Of a stretch of DNA of 64,000 nt, positions 25,701 to 38,772 are shown piece by piece (position 1 is the first letter of the stretch; each line of letters starts with the position of its first letter). Below the pieces are notes generated by a model. That model did no database searches. It was given only the letters and a program-made list of their open reading frames with translations, and was not told the DNA's origin. Location: assembly GCA_046563655.1 (NCBI GenBank), contig CM102283.1:2108001-2172000 (forward strand). Direction: 5' to 3'. The position numbers and the translations under genes were made by a program. Source of the DNA: Yuukianura sp. NJ FZ-2021. Its lineage: Eukaryota.

Positions 25701-26077
25701 CTCACTTCAACTTGAGCTATTACATTAATATCACCTATCATTGTTTCAAATGTCAATGACCTCAATTTGACCTCCCTCTCAAAAGCTCTCAAAAGTACAT
25801 TAGTAATGTATATCATTTCTTTCAGGTCTACAATGCTGTCCAACTACTGGAATACTGCCAAGGATTCATGCTTCAAAACTTTGTTCAAATACTCACGTTC
25901 GACGACTCCGTGCGGAAGTTAATCTTCGGAAAACGATTGCACAACCATGACGTAGTTGCCGGACTACGGTTGACACTACAAGCACGGCTCAAGGCCAAAC
26001 CAAGTGTCCCACCACCCACAGCCCCACCACACTCTCTGGCCCCACCACATTCCTATCCCACTCGCAAGTACAAGTGA
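16753..26077 (+). CDS. ABTB3: Ankyrin repeat and BTB/POZ domain protein, ABTB2/ABTB3 (BTBD11) family, 11 coding exons
   Basis: Exons 16753-17836, 18306-18781, 19390-19677, 19758-20063, 20146-20491, 20567-20689, 20789-21579, 21876-22568, 22683-22973, 23048-23233, 25826-26077, with GT-AG junctions. Histone-fold-like segments (LVRIAREAQRL...EISSAFRIVL; SKSVRAGVTLHVGKF...AAIHLAAGIE), ankyrin repeats (SPLILAC, TALTFAA, TPLQVAA), BTB (NNPELSDVQFRVEGKVFYAHKIVL). Confidence 0.92.
21594..21774. mobile_element. Palindromic intronic MITE with ~15-bp ccgaa/ttcgg sub-repeats
   Basis: ggttccatgccattgctccgaa ... ttcgcaacaatggcattctacc; the left arm carries ccgaa units and the right arm ttcgg units. Confidence 0.65.
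23400..25740. repeat. Fold-back array of ~135-bp palindromic units and related ~200-bp spacers in both orientations
   Basis: Palindromic unit tctcataat...attatgaga at ~23540 (interrupted), 24547, ~24765 (partial), 25078 and 25437. The spurious ORFs 24311+ and 25225- translate near-identically, confirming the inverted copies. Confidence 0.88.
23672..24330 (+). mobile_element. Complete non-autonomous Helentron/HINE-like element nested in the fold-back array
   Basis: 5' TTAAGATAGC and 3' GCTATCTTGA sub-terminal inverted repeats, (GTCT)n tract, 3' hairpin cggtt-tac-aaccg followed by T residues. It splits the host unit ttctgttcttta|ttagattatgag at a T-rich site. Confidence 0.78.
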
Positions 26078-26355
26078 CTGACACAAAAAAAAGTTTAAAG
26101 CAGCCCCACCAAAAACTTAATTTATACAATTTCTATTACTTAAAAACTTTAAGAAAAACTTGTATCATGACAATAACTTTTTGAAACGACAACTGCCCAA
26201 GACAATCATTCACGTCAGCCATATTTTTATTAACGTTAGTTAGCTATACTCAACAAAAAAAAAAGTTTATACTAGAGTATAATTTCAATTGAGTAAAAAA
26301 AGTTTTTTTAGAGAAAATTTTATAGATTTCTTACACACTTGCTTTTAAAAAATGT

Positions 26356-29300
26356 CTAAATTTTTCTGTTCCTTGAAAATTTCAGTCTCCTCAAATGTCG
26401 CAGAGCACATTTGGCGGCAGTACATTTTGCAATACGGTAGTTTCTTCCGATACCACGAAAGACGCCAACACCAATAATTTCTACGCTCACACGCACGCGT
26501 CTTCCGTCCCACAGTTTCTCTGGTTTACTGAACTTGGCAGTTTCTGGTTCCAGTTCCAAAAGTTCACGAATTGGAGATTTGGGGACATTTTGGCTAAATT
26601 GTTCTACAGTAGCAAACAAAAACGAAAATTTTTGAACTTTGAACTTCATCTGCGACACTTTTTCAAAATTTTGAAACTTTACCTATCTCATCTTTCATAA
26701 TTTTGTAGTAAACGCTCCAGACAGCATCCAGTGACATTCCCGAATCCAGAAAAATGGCTCCAGCCACTGACTCGAAAACGTCGCCAAGCGCCTTTGGCAC
26801 TTCAATGTCTTCTGCCTCATCACACTCCTCCTCTCCCATGAGATAATACTTCACAAACAAATAATTTTAGAATTTTTTTTCGAAACACAGTAAAAATTGT
26901 TAAAATTAACTTACATCCGGAGTAAGAGTGTGGGCATGCTGTTCCTGGAATGTCACGAACTTTTGCAGTACAGTAGTCAGTCCAGGAGACGAGTGACGAA
27001 AGTACAGATGAAATCCATGCTTCACTGCCAGAGAAGCGAAGATCGTGTTGTTCACCAGCGCTGATCTCAAATCTGTGAGCGATCCAGGAGAATGTTGTCG
27101 CTTATCTTCATATAAGTGCCTCGTTATTACATAATCTAGAATTTACAAATACAATTCATAAGTTTTACAATTTACCATTTACGGCAATTACAATTCGAAA
27201 AGTTCGGGATTTACGAACACCATTTACAACAGGATGGTTTCGGATTTGTGTTGCTAAACTTTAGGCATTTGGAAAAGGTGACGATTAGCCTGAGAAATTC
27301 ACTAAAGTGTAACTTCCTTATTTATGACAAATTGAAATTTTCCAAAATATTGTTTTTCTCGAATACCATCACACCATCTAACTTTCTACAGGAGGCATTT
27401 GGAAAAAGTCACGATTAGGCTAAAATATTCGCTAAAGTGTATCTTCCTAATTTATGTGAAATTGAAAAATTCCAAAAGTACCCAGAATAGCGTCTCCGAG
27501 AAATTCAAGACGCTGGTAACAGTCCGTGAGCGTATTTGTGGCGTACGACGCATGCGTAAATGCTTGAAGCAGGTAACTCTTGTCCCGAAAGTTATAGCCA
27601 ATGTAGTCCTCAAATTTTTCGTAACCCTGGAAAACAAAATGAAAATTTCAAAATTTTGGAACAAGACTTCACCAATTTTCAGAAACTTTTGCTATTAGTT
27701 TTACTTTTAGAAGATTTTGAAGCTGTTCTGCATAATCTGCACTGTACTTGAGCAATGGTGACCTTGGGGGTTTGAGCACATCAAAAACAATCACATTTTC
27801 TGACCGTGGGATTTCCATAAAAATGAGGGATTCCTGTGACCCCGTGACCTCTGTTTTGCTTTTGACCTCTGACGGTAAAACTCTCATGCCCAACCATGAC
27901 ATGAACAGAAGAGCACCGTGTGGCCCAGCTGAGGTCAAATAGGCTCCAATCAATGCTTCCACACAGTCGGCAATCGATTTGTCCGGAATTGACTGTTGGG
28001 TGACGAGGTTGTAGGGAATGAATTCAGTGTCGGGCTTCACTGTGTTATTTTTCAGCGCATGCTCTATCTCAGTTGCAGATAAACCTTTTAGTGCATTCAC
28101 CTACACGGTGTAAAAAAAAACTTTTAAAACTTTTAAATTTTTGAAAAGTGGCAGTGATTTTTTTTTTGTGACGTTGTGTTACCTGTGCCATTGAAAAATT
28201 ACCAGTCCCGAGTTCCATTTGAGATTGGATGAAAGCTTTGTCTAGGTCTTTTGGAATGTGGTAGCAAGGCGGCAGCCAATTGTCATGTGGTTCAAATTTG
28301 GCAGAAACCATGACTCCGCCAAAACCACGCCTACGTCCGAGTCGGTACAGATGAATGTTGCTGACCTAAAGTTTAAAAAAAAACGAAAATAAAAGTGCTG
28401 TTTTCAGTAAAATTTAGTAAATAATTTTTATTATTTTATTCCACTTTTTTTACCTGTTTTGATCTCAAGTGGCTCAGTTTTCCTTCATGAATGTTTTCAT
28501 ATGTACAGAACAAGTAGGAAGTAATGGCGTACTTCAGAAATGAATCACCAATTGTTTCCAGTCTTTCCAAATTTTCTGTATTTAAAAAAAATCAACATTA
28601 ACATTATGATTCAAATTCAAAATTTTAATTGCAAAGGTTCTGTAACAAGAACAAGGTAGACTTACGTCCGTCATTTGCATTTGACATTGTCAGGGCTTGT
28701 AAGATTTGTGAAGGACTGGGTCCACAATGAGAATGCAGCGGTGGACTGTAATCAAAACTGAAATCGGAATTTTCAGTAATCGATTTCTTTTCCATCACGT
28801 GACTTCCTGTGATAAGAGTGTTAGAAACTTCTGACGGAGGATTTAGAGCTGTTGAGTCCATTAATTCTTGCAAAGACGAAGTTTTGGTCTGATCAGTTCC
28901 TTCTTCTTGGTGAAAATATTTTTTCGGAGCTCTTGGTGGAATCTAAAAAAATTTGGATTTCAGTTTTCAAAATTTCGAGAAAAGTAAAGTTGAATTTTGA
29001 ATTAGGTTAGGTTTTACTTGAGTAATTTGATCCCAGTTGACAACGTGTTCAATCCCGCTCATCTTCTCTTCTACTCTTTTTTCAAACGCCTCTCTAAGAA
29101 TTGTCTCTTTTTCAAAAGACGTTCCGAAATCGTTGTGAGCTTCTTTTTGATCTGCATGATTGGACGGAGTGGACGGAGGATCAACTCCGTCCATCGTCCA
29201 CCACAAATCTTCACTCGTCGTCCAATCTTCAACTGGTTGATAATCAAATGTCTGTCCTGCTTTTCTTTTATCCATTGCTTCAGCCGTGTTTCCTTCGAAC

Positions 29301-32300
29301 TGAATTTTGAGATTGTTGTCTCCATCAAGATACGATTCGTCAGATCCACTCGAATCAGAATTCACTGACATGTTGTCGTCATCCTGTCCGCTAACTCCGC
29401 GTTTTGGATTGTCCAAATCCTCCGGTGGTTCAAAAGCTCCACGGTCCCATACTTCGCCCCAATGTGTTGGACTTCCATATAGAGCTCGATGGACACGATG
29501 ATTAAACCTGGAGCATAAAAAGTAAAAAATGTAAAACTTATACAGTTACTATACTAAACTATAAAAGCTAGACATTAATTGAACAAAGGTTGTCGCGAAG
29601 TGGTCGGTGGTCGTGAACTGGTAGGTGGTCGGAAAGTCAGGAAAGTTGGAAAATCGTGAGTAGGGAAATGGTCGAATATAAGTGGCCTGGAAGTGGTCGG
29701 ATGTAAATGGCTCCGAAGTGGTCGGCGGTCGTGAAGTGGTAGGTGGTCGGAAAGTCAGGAAAGTTGGAAAGTCGTGAAAGTGGTTGGAAAGTGGCCGGTG
29801 GTCGGTAAATAAATATAAAAAAAAGTATGTTAGGCAATTAAGTTAGTTACAATTTTGATCGTCCACCCCAAGTCCAGTTCTTGTCCAGCATCATGAGATT
29901 TGAAGGCAGAGCGACATTGGGGTCAAGCAGTTCGTCTTCATCTTCATCATATTCCGGTTCACTGTATGTTCCGCCAGAAGCCATGTCGTTACTCCACGTC
30001 CCAATTTCAAGTTCCGGCTGACGACACTTTTTCATCTTCTCACTCAAAATTTCGTTCAAAGATTTCCTAAAAGGAAAAATTTTCAACATTTTTTCAAATT
30101 GAAGTATATTTTATATTATGACTGTTATGTTTTCATGTTAGTTTCCCTTTTTAGCATTACCCAATGTGTTTCTTGTTGTTAAGAAGCAGCGATTCGGCCA
30201 AAGTGACGCCAGCTGGAGTAGCTTCTTTTGCCGCCTTTTCGAATCCGCTCAATTCCTTTTCTTCTTTATTTTCTGATTTTTTGTCGTCGCCCGTTTCGCG
30301 GTTATTTTGAGCTTCGCGTTTAGAAGATTCAGCAGCATTCCAATTCTTTTTTGGATTTTGATCAGAAATTTTCTGAATCTCGGCATCAGACGAAGGAAGC
30401 GGAATTGTAGGATAAACGTCTCCATTTGGTTGTTTGTCCATTGGTCTCTCTCTAGTTTCTCTTCTTTCTCTAAAGCCTCTTCTGCCTGTTCCACTTTTGG
30501 TCTTCGGAGGTGGAGCTGGAAGTGGCTGCGCCGGAGTTGGTGGCTTGGAGGGGTCAATTCCAAACACTTCCTGCAGTGACCAACCGAAACTCATCGTGTC
30601 CCATCGGAATGTTGGTGGGACGTGGGTAACTCCAAGACCCCGCACTTGAGTTGCCACTAAACTTCGGATGGAGTTTGCCAGTAGCAAGTTGTTCACACGG
30701 TAGAGGATACAGGGCAGACAAACGGCTTGACGCCACAAACTTCCAGAAAATGGATGAACAGCACAGAGTTCTGGAACCTGTATTCCATAATCAACAAAAA
30801 AAAATCAAAAACTTCTTCAGGTTTCCAAAAATATTTTTATGTTTTTCGTTTTTTCAAAAAGTTTTCTCCCTAATTACCAAGATTTGTTTTTGTTCCAAAT
30901 TTTCCCGCTTTGCTCGTTTCGTCGCCTCACTGCTCGTCGGAAGTGGAAGTCCTTTGCGATTGATGTATCGCGGAGTCAGAAAATTCAAACGAGCTGATGT
31001 ATGGTCGACGTCAAGCAGTGGCTGCTGCGGATCGTGAATGGATAAATTGTACTTCCGGTTGTAATATTCCTCAAACGTTTTAAACTCGCATCCTGGCGGG
31101 AAACAAAATAAAGTTTATGTAATTTCAAAAAAAATACAAAATTCGGGACCAAAAAGACTCTAAACTCGAGAATTCGATCCGAATTCAGAAAAATTTCAAA
31201 TTCAATTGATAAAATTCCAAATTTTACCTGGAAATTGAGACATTGGTGTCAGATTAGTGCAGATTTCAGCCACGTAGAAGAACTGGGGCTGATCATTGTT
31301 TCGATACCACGGAGTGACTACAGCGTCCAAGTAAATCTCTCTGTTGAACTTGTAGTTTTTACGCTCTTGGTTACTTACAGATGCTGGTCGTAGTTTATCC
31401 TTCTCTTCCCAAATGCGATTAACAAAGTCCCAATCCAACTCAACTCCTTCCGTTTTTCCATCTTCTTTGCGTTTAGTCGATTTCAGTGGAACTACAAAGT
31501 ATGAGTTCTCAGATGCTTCTGGATCAAACAGAGTCAAGTACTTGTCCAGTCTCAGGACAGAAGTGAAAGTGTAGTGATGAAAAGACGAGAGTTTCAGAAA
31601 TTCAGAATCTGTGATACGAAATTCATCTCCGGTCGGAACACGAACCTGGAAGGTTAAAAATTTCATTTTTCCGAAAAACTTTCTCAAATTTTCCAAAAAC
31701 GTACCAATTCGACATGGACTTCACCACATCGGGTGTAAATTGGAAATTCTGGAATTTGGGGTACTTCTTTGGACAATAAAATTCCGAATGCTTGTGAAGC
31801 AACTTCCGGTGGATAAAGTTTCCTTCCGCGAGTATTTTGGTCATCTGGAAGTGGACAAGTGAGGACCATTTTCAGCCAGTACAAAAATGCTGGCCGTACT
31901 GGCTGCGGTAAACAGTGAAGCAGTTCTGGTGAAAGTTGCTTGTCATAGTACTGCCGTCGCCGAGTACTTCCTGGCCTAAAACCACAATTCAAAGACATTT
32001 TTAAACTAAACTTTCAAAATTCTGACATTTTTCAAAATTTTAAAGAGTACCTGAATTCTCCATAAGTTTCTTCCAGCACGTCTTCTCCTATGTCCAAATC
32101 TGCCACGGGAGTTACTCCCTCTTTTCCAATCGGCATCAGCGAGTCGTCTAGCTCTCCATTATGATGCAAAACCATAACAGCTTGCAGTGCCACTGCTTTC
32201 TTGGCTAATCGTTCCGTTGGCATTGGAATTCCAGAGATTGGCCACTTGACTGGAGAGTTAATTGGAAGTCGAATGGTACAAGAGTAGCTTAGTCCAGAGT

Positions 32301-35300
32301 TGTTCCAAAAGGAAACGTTTTCGAAATGATTTGAAATTCCCGCTGTGTTTTCAAATGTTGTAATTTTCCAGGATGGAGCTAGTCGGGTGAAACTATCACT
32401 CGGAAGTCTTGCACAGTATCGATTAACGATAGAAATGGAGTTAGTTAGAGTTGCAGACTTGAATTGCGGGAAATTTTGAATCAGGTCAAGATTCGTTTCT
32501 GGTTTGGAGGATGCCGAAATTGGGGAAGAGAGAACAGTATTGGCTAGCAGCATTTCTTCAACAATTTTGTAAGTTGAAAGTTGACGCAAGCATTTGGTTC
32601 GTTCAGTATCTTCAGTGAAAATGTAATACTCTGGATCATGTCCTTGAGCACGTCCCTGCAAGTATGTTGGAAAAAATATGAAACTCTTCAAAATTTTGTC
32701 AAATTGGTTGTGAGTTGCTAAAACATTTGCAACTTACCTTGGACAAAAGATAGGATCTGAATGAAGTGGCTTCGTCGAATCTTATGACAAGATTTGCTTT
32801 CGGCAGTTCAATTAAATCTTCCAGTAGAGAAGTTCCGATAAGAAAATTTGCTTCTCTGTATCTAAACTTGCGCAGCGATTCTTCTCTCTTTTTATGCTCA
32901 ACTTCTGCTTCTGGTGATTCTGGATCATATTCTGGATTCGCTGGAACTGTCAGTGATGGACTCAATCCTAACAACTTCGGATCCGCTTCTGAGGCTTCAT
33001 TCAGAAAGTGGTACCTAACGACAAAAAAAATACCGCCAAGTTTCAAATTTCGTTTCTGACTGTCCAACGTTTTTCAAACGTTCGGTTCTTAGGTACTTAC
33101 AAAAGTCGTGCGATGTTCCGATCCTCACAAATGAGCAATCCGCAAAGCGTGTCTTCGGATCGTTGAGCAAATCTCGCTCGTCTTGGTTGTCTTCCTGAAT
33201 TCACTTGAGTTTGAGTCACCGGTGACTTGGAAGTGACATGTCTCGAATCTTCAGTTTTTTCTTCCGTTTCTTGAGTTATCGAACCACCATTGGTTAACTT
33301 CGGTGGAGTCGCAGCAATATCTCCACCTTCGCTTGGCAGTATCTCCGAATTTTGAGTTGTGCTGGACGAAAGTACTGGAGGAATTTCTTCCTTTGATTCG
33401 CCGTTGGCCACAACCTGATTTCTTTTATGGCGGTCAGCATCAAACTTCGTTCGGTAATGTTTCCTCCGTCCATGAAATCTGCCTCCGCGCGTAGCAGCAG
33501 CTTGCTGTTCAGCTTGTTTTTGTTGTTCCAGGTAGTCAGCCACGGTAAGTTCAACGTCTGAGTCATCTTCGTCGTCTTGTTCCTCCGATGGTCCACTTTT
33601 GGATTCATGTGGTTTAGTAAGATCAAAGCGACGTAAAATCCGAAGCACTCCCATTAGTTTCGGCGTTGAGAAGTTTTCAAGCACTTCGAGCGGTTCAAGT
33701 TCGTCAAATGCTGAATGAAATATCGACTGAATCCAAACGAGGCGCGTGTGCAGAGCTCCCAGCAGTAGAAAATGTCTGACGTATGGAACTTGAACCTTCG
33801 GAGGAAAAAAAATACTCATTTTTAAAAATACGACAAAAAAAAAACGTTTTGAGATTTTTTTTTAAAATCGTTGATATTTGTTACCTTCATTCCAGCCAAT
33901 TTGTTATTGAGTAGAAAAATTGCTCGACTGGCACACCATGGGCCCATTGTATCCAGAATTTCTTCAAATTCACTCAAAACTTCCAGTGGAGCAGTTTTAG
34001 GATGAGGAATTCTACGTAATTCTTCTGCCAAAGAATCCACATCGTCCTTGTCACCATCTTCATTTTCATTCTCCACTACACCGGTAATCGCTGGTGGTTT
34101 TTCTTTGATTAATTCTTGGAATTCATTTAGTGTGTATCCAAGTGAAGCTGCTGGATTGTAGTTATGCGAATTCAAAAAACGTTTGAAATCGTCAATCATT
34201 CCTTTCACTTCTTGAATCAATTTGATCGAGATCACAGAATGAAGTCGTGGACCAACAAGGATTATTCTTTCAGTCGGTGGAATCGAGTACCTAAGAATAA
34301 ATCACATTCAGATTAGCGGAATTCCTTGTGATAACTTAGAATTCAATTAAGTAATCATAATCAAACTTACCGAAGGAGAGCAACAATGTCACTGGCAGTA
34401 TCCACTTTCGCTCCACAGAACTTCTTTAGTTTCCTAAAAGTTTCTTCCATTCTCCAAAATCCATTAGCCTCATGCCCGTAGAAATGTAGTAGTGAAATGG
34501 TTAGAAAAACGGTTCTAATTTTACTTTTAACTTCAGTCTTCGTTCGAACTTGGTTCCAGCCTCTATAAAAATCGAATCGAAACGATCAAAACCATTGATG
34601 GACAAAGCCAAGTGACTTTTTAGCCAGGAATCTAACTCACCTGATTATGGTTAATATCCTGGAAAGTTCCATCCGTACGTTTGAGCATGTTAGAGCTTCA
34701 TGGACGTTCGAGATTACAACAAGGTTAATATCTTCCTGTAGTTGCGGCTCAAAGTACTCGGAATCCTTAGATACCAAATCTAAAAATACCGTTCGATTGC
34801 ATATAAGAACAACTGATTTTCCAATTCCTTTGTTCTTAAACTCCGCAGCATGTTTCAACTCCACTGTTGGTATCGACGACAAGGCTTCAAATGGGAATCC
34901 AGTTGCCTTTTTCTTCGGTAACGTCGACGAAATGTTGGAAGGAGGTACGGACAGTGTCGTTTCGGATGCTGCAGAGGCCGAAGCAGCCATGTCATCGCTG
35001 TCGTCTTTGTCATCGGTGGATACTTCATTGATATAAACTGAGATACCATTTGACCTAGACAGAAAAAGAATTATTAATCACATTTGACCTCATCATAACC
35101 TTACGTAAGAAATACGTTCCAAACCACTTGACTCACTGGTAATAGAATTCTTTGAAGAGCATGAAGGCCAGAAAATTTTTAGCTGGCGGTGGAAGGCAGC
35201 ATGGAACAACATCGTGGTTCTTAGCTATGTTGAGTATTTCCACTGGAAATTCTTGCGGTGTGAAGAATTCCGAATACGGGTCAAAGGTCACGAACGCCAT
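26356..35300 (-). CDS. Dcr-1: Endoribonuclease Dicer-1 (multi-exon)
   Basis: N-terminus [23 protein letters not shown]; helicase C ([25 protein letters not shown]); DUF283 ([18 protein letters not shown]); [14 protein letters not shown] ([23 protein letters not shown]); RNase IIIa ([34 protein letters not shown]); RNase IIIb ([27 protein letters not shown]); dsRBD ([11 protein letters not shown]...AAKCAL). Confidence 0.97.
29590..29806. repeat. Intronic array of gtggtcgg/gtcgtgaa sub-repeats with a ~65-bp duplication (TE-arm remnant)
   Basis: gaagtggtcgg.ggtcgtgaa.tggtaggtggtcggaaagtcaggaaagttggaaa at ~29597 and ~29715, in a Dicer-1 intron. Confidence 0.7.
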
Positions 35301-36006
35301 TTCGTTTGTCACAGCCCCGCTTTTGTCTTAAAATGACACACGGACACGGAGGCGGAGGAACCTGCAAGAAAGTGTTTTCAATTAGCAAATGGCTTCAACT
35401 AATTGTTACATAATAATTTACTACCTTTGAATTAATGAATTAATTGATCAATGCTGCAATTCAGTAATTCAGTTAATTTTTTAGCGTTTTTTGCAAAAAC
35501 TTTTTCTCCACAACTTGCAAAATTTTCACAAAGGAATGAACAAAATCCACACAAAAGAGTACGCGGCGTCAGCTGTTTACTTGGGAATTCGAACTTTGAC
35601 TGTCGAATAAAGTGTGTTCGATCAAGTATTTTCTCAAAATTCTAAGATATCGAAGTCGAGATTCGATATCCGATAAATTACTGACGCATTACATTAATTA
35701 ATACAATTTATTCACAAGTATTCAAATCGCTTCAAAAGTTTTGTTTAGAGACCATTTTCCTTCACTCACAATGGACTAGATTTACATTGTCGAGCAAATA
35801 AAAACCAAGATTATAACTTACAAACATTCAAGTTTAAGTTAAATTCTTATGAGATTTGCTAAAACTTTGGAATGTGCTTAAAGTTGCACTTATTTCTGGC
35901 GAATACTGAGTAAAAATTATTTCAATTGGCTAAAAACCTGATTGTCCGTCGAAATTCCATGTCTGTGAGGACATTTCTTTAGAAGATTAGAAGTTAGTGA
36001 CTTGAT

Positions 36007-37778
36007 TTAGATCAAGGATTCGAGAGTGGTTCCAATCGAATCTGGTAGCTCCATTGCCAGTTTCAAATTTCCGGCACTCTCCTTCATTCGTGCAAAACGT
36101 TTTGACAAAAGCGTTCCCGCTAGAGAGCCAAGTCCACAGAGACAAAACATGACTTGGTGGAGGTAAGGACCATGGAAAGAGCGGATTCCCATCAACGCTG
36201 CACATGTAATCACATTCAAAGGAACACGAAACCTAAAAGACAAATTAATGGTTTAATTCAAAAAATACCTCAGCCGTTCTGAAAAAAATTCAGTGTGGAA
36301 GTGTAACTTACCAGTTCATAATGTTTGCTCGAAGTCCTTCCGGAATGACTTCGCCTGAAAAAAATGAAAAAGACCACAACTCAAGTTAGTGATTGATTCT
36401 TAAAAAAAATTTTTTTTGGAGTAAAATTTTGTGATATATGAGAAAAAAAAACTAACCGCGAAGGTATCCGACGGTGGGGAAATACATGCCAACACCGATT
36501 TCCAGGACAACAAATGAGAGGAATGTGAGAATCATGGTCATGTCAGTTTCAGCAGCACCGTGAACAGCAGTGACAGCAACATCAGCGCTCTTCATCGTAA
36601 TAGCTTCCTCTGTAACAGTTGGACTGGCGAGAAAGGAGCAGATGAACATCGTAAGTGACATGATGCTGAGGCAGATTGTAAGGATTTGCTCTGACTTGTA
36701 GTTCAAACGATTGAGCAGCATTGAATAAATAGAGGAGCCAACCATGATGGCAATCATGAAGCAAGCAAAAGTAAGTCCCAGTGGAGGTGAACCTGGTTTG
36801 AGTACGGGAGTCCACAGGAACACGAATATGTACATGTTAGCTTCAAAGATTGACTGGAGAAGGCCCAGTGTCAAGATCATCGGATTCTTGAGAATAGTCT
36901 GGAGCCCTTCTACACAAGATCCGCGCCAGTTGCTCTGTTGAATTCCGTAGTTTTCATCCCATGTTCTGAAAACTATGACGGAAGCAATGACCAAGAATGG
37001 AATAGCGACCATGAAGGGAGAAACTGGACCGAACCCCAGTCGATCAGCTACGACGTCTCCAGCCAATCCGGCGAGAATGGCTAGAAGTCCGTTGAAGAAG
37101 GTGGACTTTGAAAAAGTACTGGAAATCCATTCGAGAGGAAACTTCTGGACGACAGTGTGTTGATACAAGTACCAGGACTCAAATACTGAAAACAGAATTG
37201 ACGTTGCAATGCCTCCGAGTAGCCGACCTGTTGAAAACAAAAACAAATTACTCGAATGACTTTCCGTTTCGAATCCTTCCACTAAAGTAATGTAAGGACA
37301 CAACTTACCAATCAGGAGTATGTAAAAGTCTGGTGACAACTTCGTTAGACATGAAGCGGTGTACATCACACAGAAAATCAAAATGAACCTCTTGCGACCA
37401 AATCTAAACAAGTTAGAAAGTTTAACCAAACCGAGTGCGTTAGACTTGTAACGTTTAAAAAGTGAAGTACTTGTCTGCCAATGGTCCAGTAGCAGTTCCA
37501 AAAGTGACGCTGGAAGCGAATCCCATGAGGAAGAGAACAGCGATTTGACCTTCAGCAAATCCGTAGTGACTGTACAGCTGGTACACGTACGGTCCTTGAA
37601 GCCAATCCGAAAAGAGAGCCATGAAGTACGGAGCAAAGTAGCTTTTTTGAAATCGTACGAAGTCGGCATTCTGAGCACCACTTTCCTTTCCAGCTCCATG
37701 CGTAAATTTGTAAAATGAATAAGCGACAAACAGGAACGGAACGAATAGGATTTGAATGATCAATGTCAGCGACGACAT
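36007..37778 (-). CDS. MFSD5: Molybdate-anion transporter, MFS domain-containing protein 5
   Basis: DWLQGPYVYQLYSHYGF, GPLADKFGRKR, GRLLGGIATSILFSVFESWY, QSIFEANMYIFVFLWTP, VGMYFPTVGYLR, NWFRVPLN; spliced, stop at 36007. Confidence 0.95.
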
Positions 37779-38250
37779 GATGAAAACAGTAGTATCCTGT
37801 ACTAAAGCTCGACAAAGTTGAAACCTGAAAAAATCAAGAAAGAAAGATTTTAATCGTGCCTACAAAAATACCGGCAAGCATAAGCATTGCCACGTTAGTT
37901 AAAGGTTTTCACGGATTCAAAGATCCAATACTAATGAATTCAACATCAGGTTCGCTTCCAAACCAGGCTTCTTACCTTGTGTTTGTGCTTCTTTAGTAGC
38001 AGCAGCTGTTTAGCCGTATCTGCTTCTGAATTTGATTAATGTGGGTAAGTGTTTATCCAGCCGTGACGTTGGTTTGCTTTTGTCTGGCGACTCTCTTACA
38101 GCTTGAGAAGGACGAAAATAGTGGCGACATCGGCAGTGTTTACCGACATCACAACTAAAAAACTTGCAGTCCAAGTTAACCAATTAAATGAATGAACAAA
38201 GAAGAAGTTCAAAAAAAATTAAGGTTGAGTTTTAAAATTTTTGAAACTTC

Positions 38251-38483
38251 GGTTGGGGTAAGGTGTAACGAGCAAAGTGATAACATGATAGGGTACGGTA
38301 CGAGCCACCCTGCAGCTGCTGCAATGGGTAGCTTCACTTACACTTTGTGGCAACGTATGTTTCCATTTTAGTCAAGAAGTAGCTATATCAGTTGCCACAT
38401 AGGCATAACAGTCTGTTGCAGCCACAAAAGTGGCTGGAGTCAATTTGTGGCTACATTGAGTCGCATTCATCCTTACGCCAACC
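38251..38483. mobile_element. MITE, GGTTGGGGTAAGG-TIR family, lying between divergent MFSD5 and Bub3
   Basis: ggttggggtaagg ... ccttacgccaacc; same termini as 59505-59973. Confidence 0.65.
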
Positions 38484-38587
38484 CAAATCTCAAAACAAAT
38501 AATTTTAAATGTTCCATTTTGCCGCCTTAACACAATTTGTGAGTCTCATATTTACTATTTGTCGCAGAGTTTATAAAAACCGCGAGT

Positions 38588-38602
38588 TTCAAATGTCCCG
38601 CT
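38588..38602 (-). promoter_or_regulatory. CDE/CHR-like (DREAM-type) element upstream of Bub3
   Basis: Minus strand reads AGCGG-GACA-TTTGAA, about 180 bp upstream of the Bub3 ATG; motif match only. Confidence 0.4.
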
Positions 38603-38772
38603 CTGTGTTTTGCCGGATTTTGAATTTTTTGATGTTTTTGTTGTGTTGTCAAATCGTGTCCAATTTTGAGGTTATTTAATTGGTTAAAGGACCAAAGGAG
38701 TAACGTTGAACATTCACGGTAATCGGTTGACCATTCCTCGCGGTGTGAAGTACTTAATTGGTAATTGTCAGG

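Noticed and set aside
35640..35680. DRE elements in the Dicer-1 promoter
   Set aside because: Only imperfect matches to TATCGATA.
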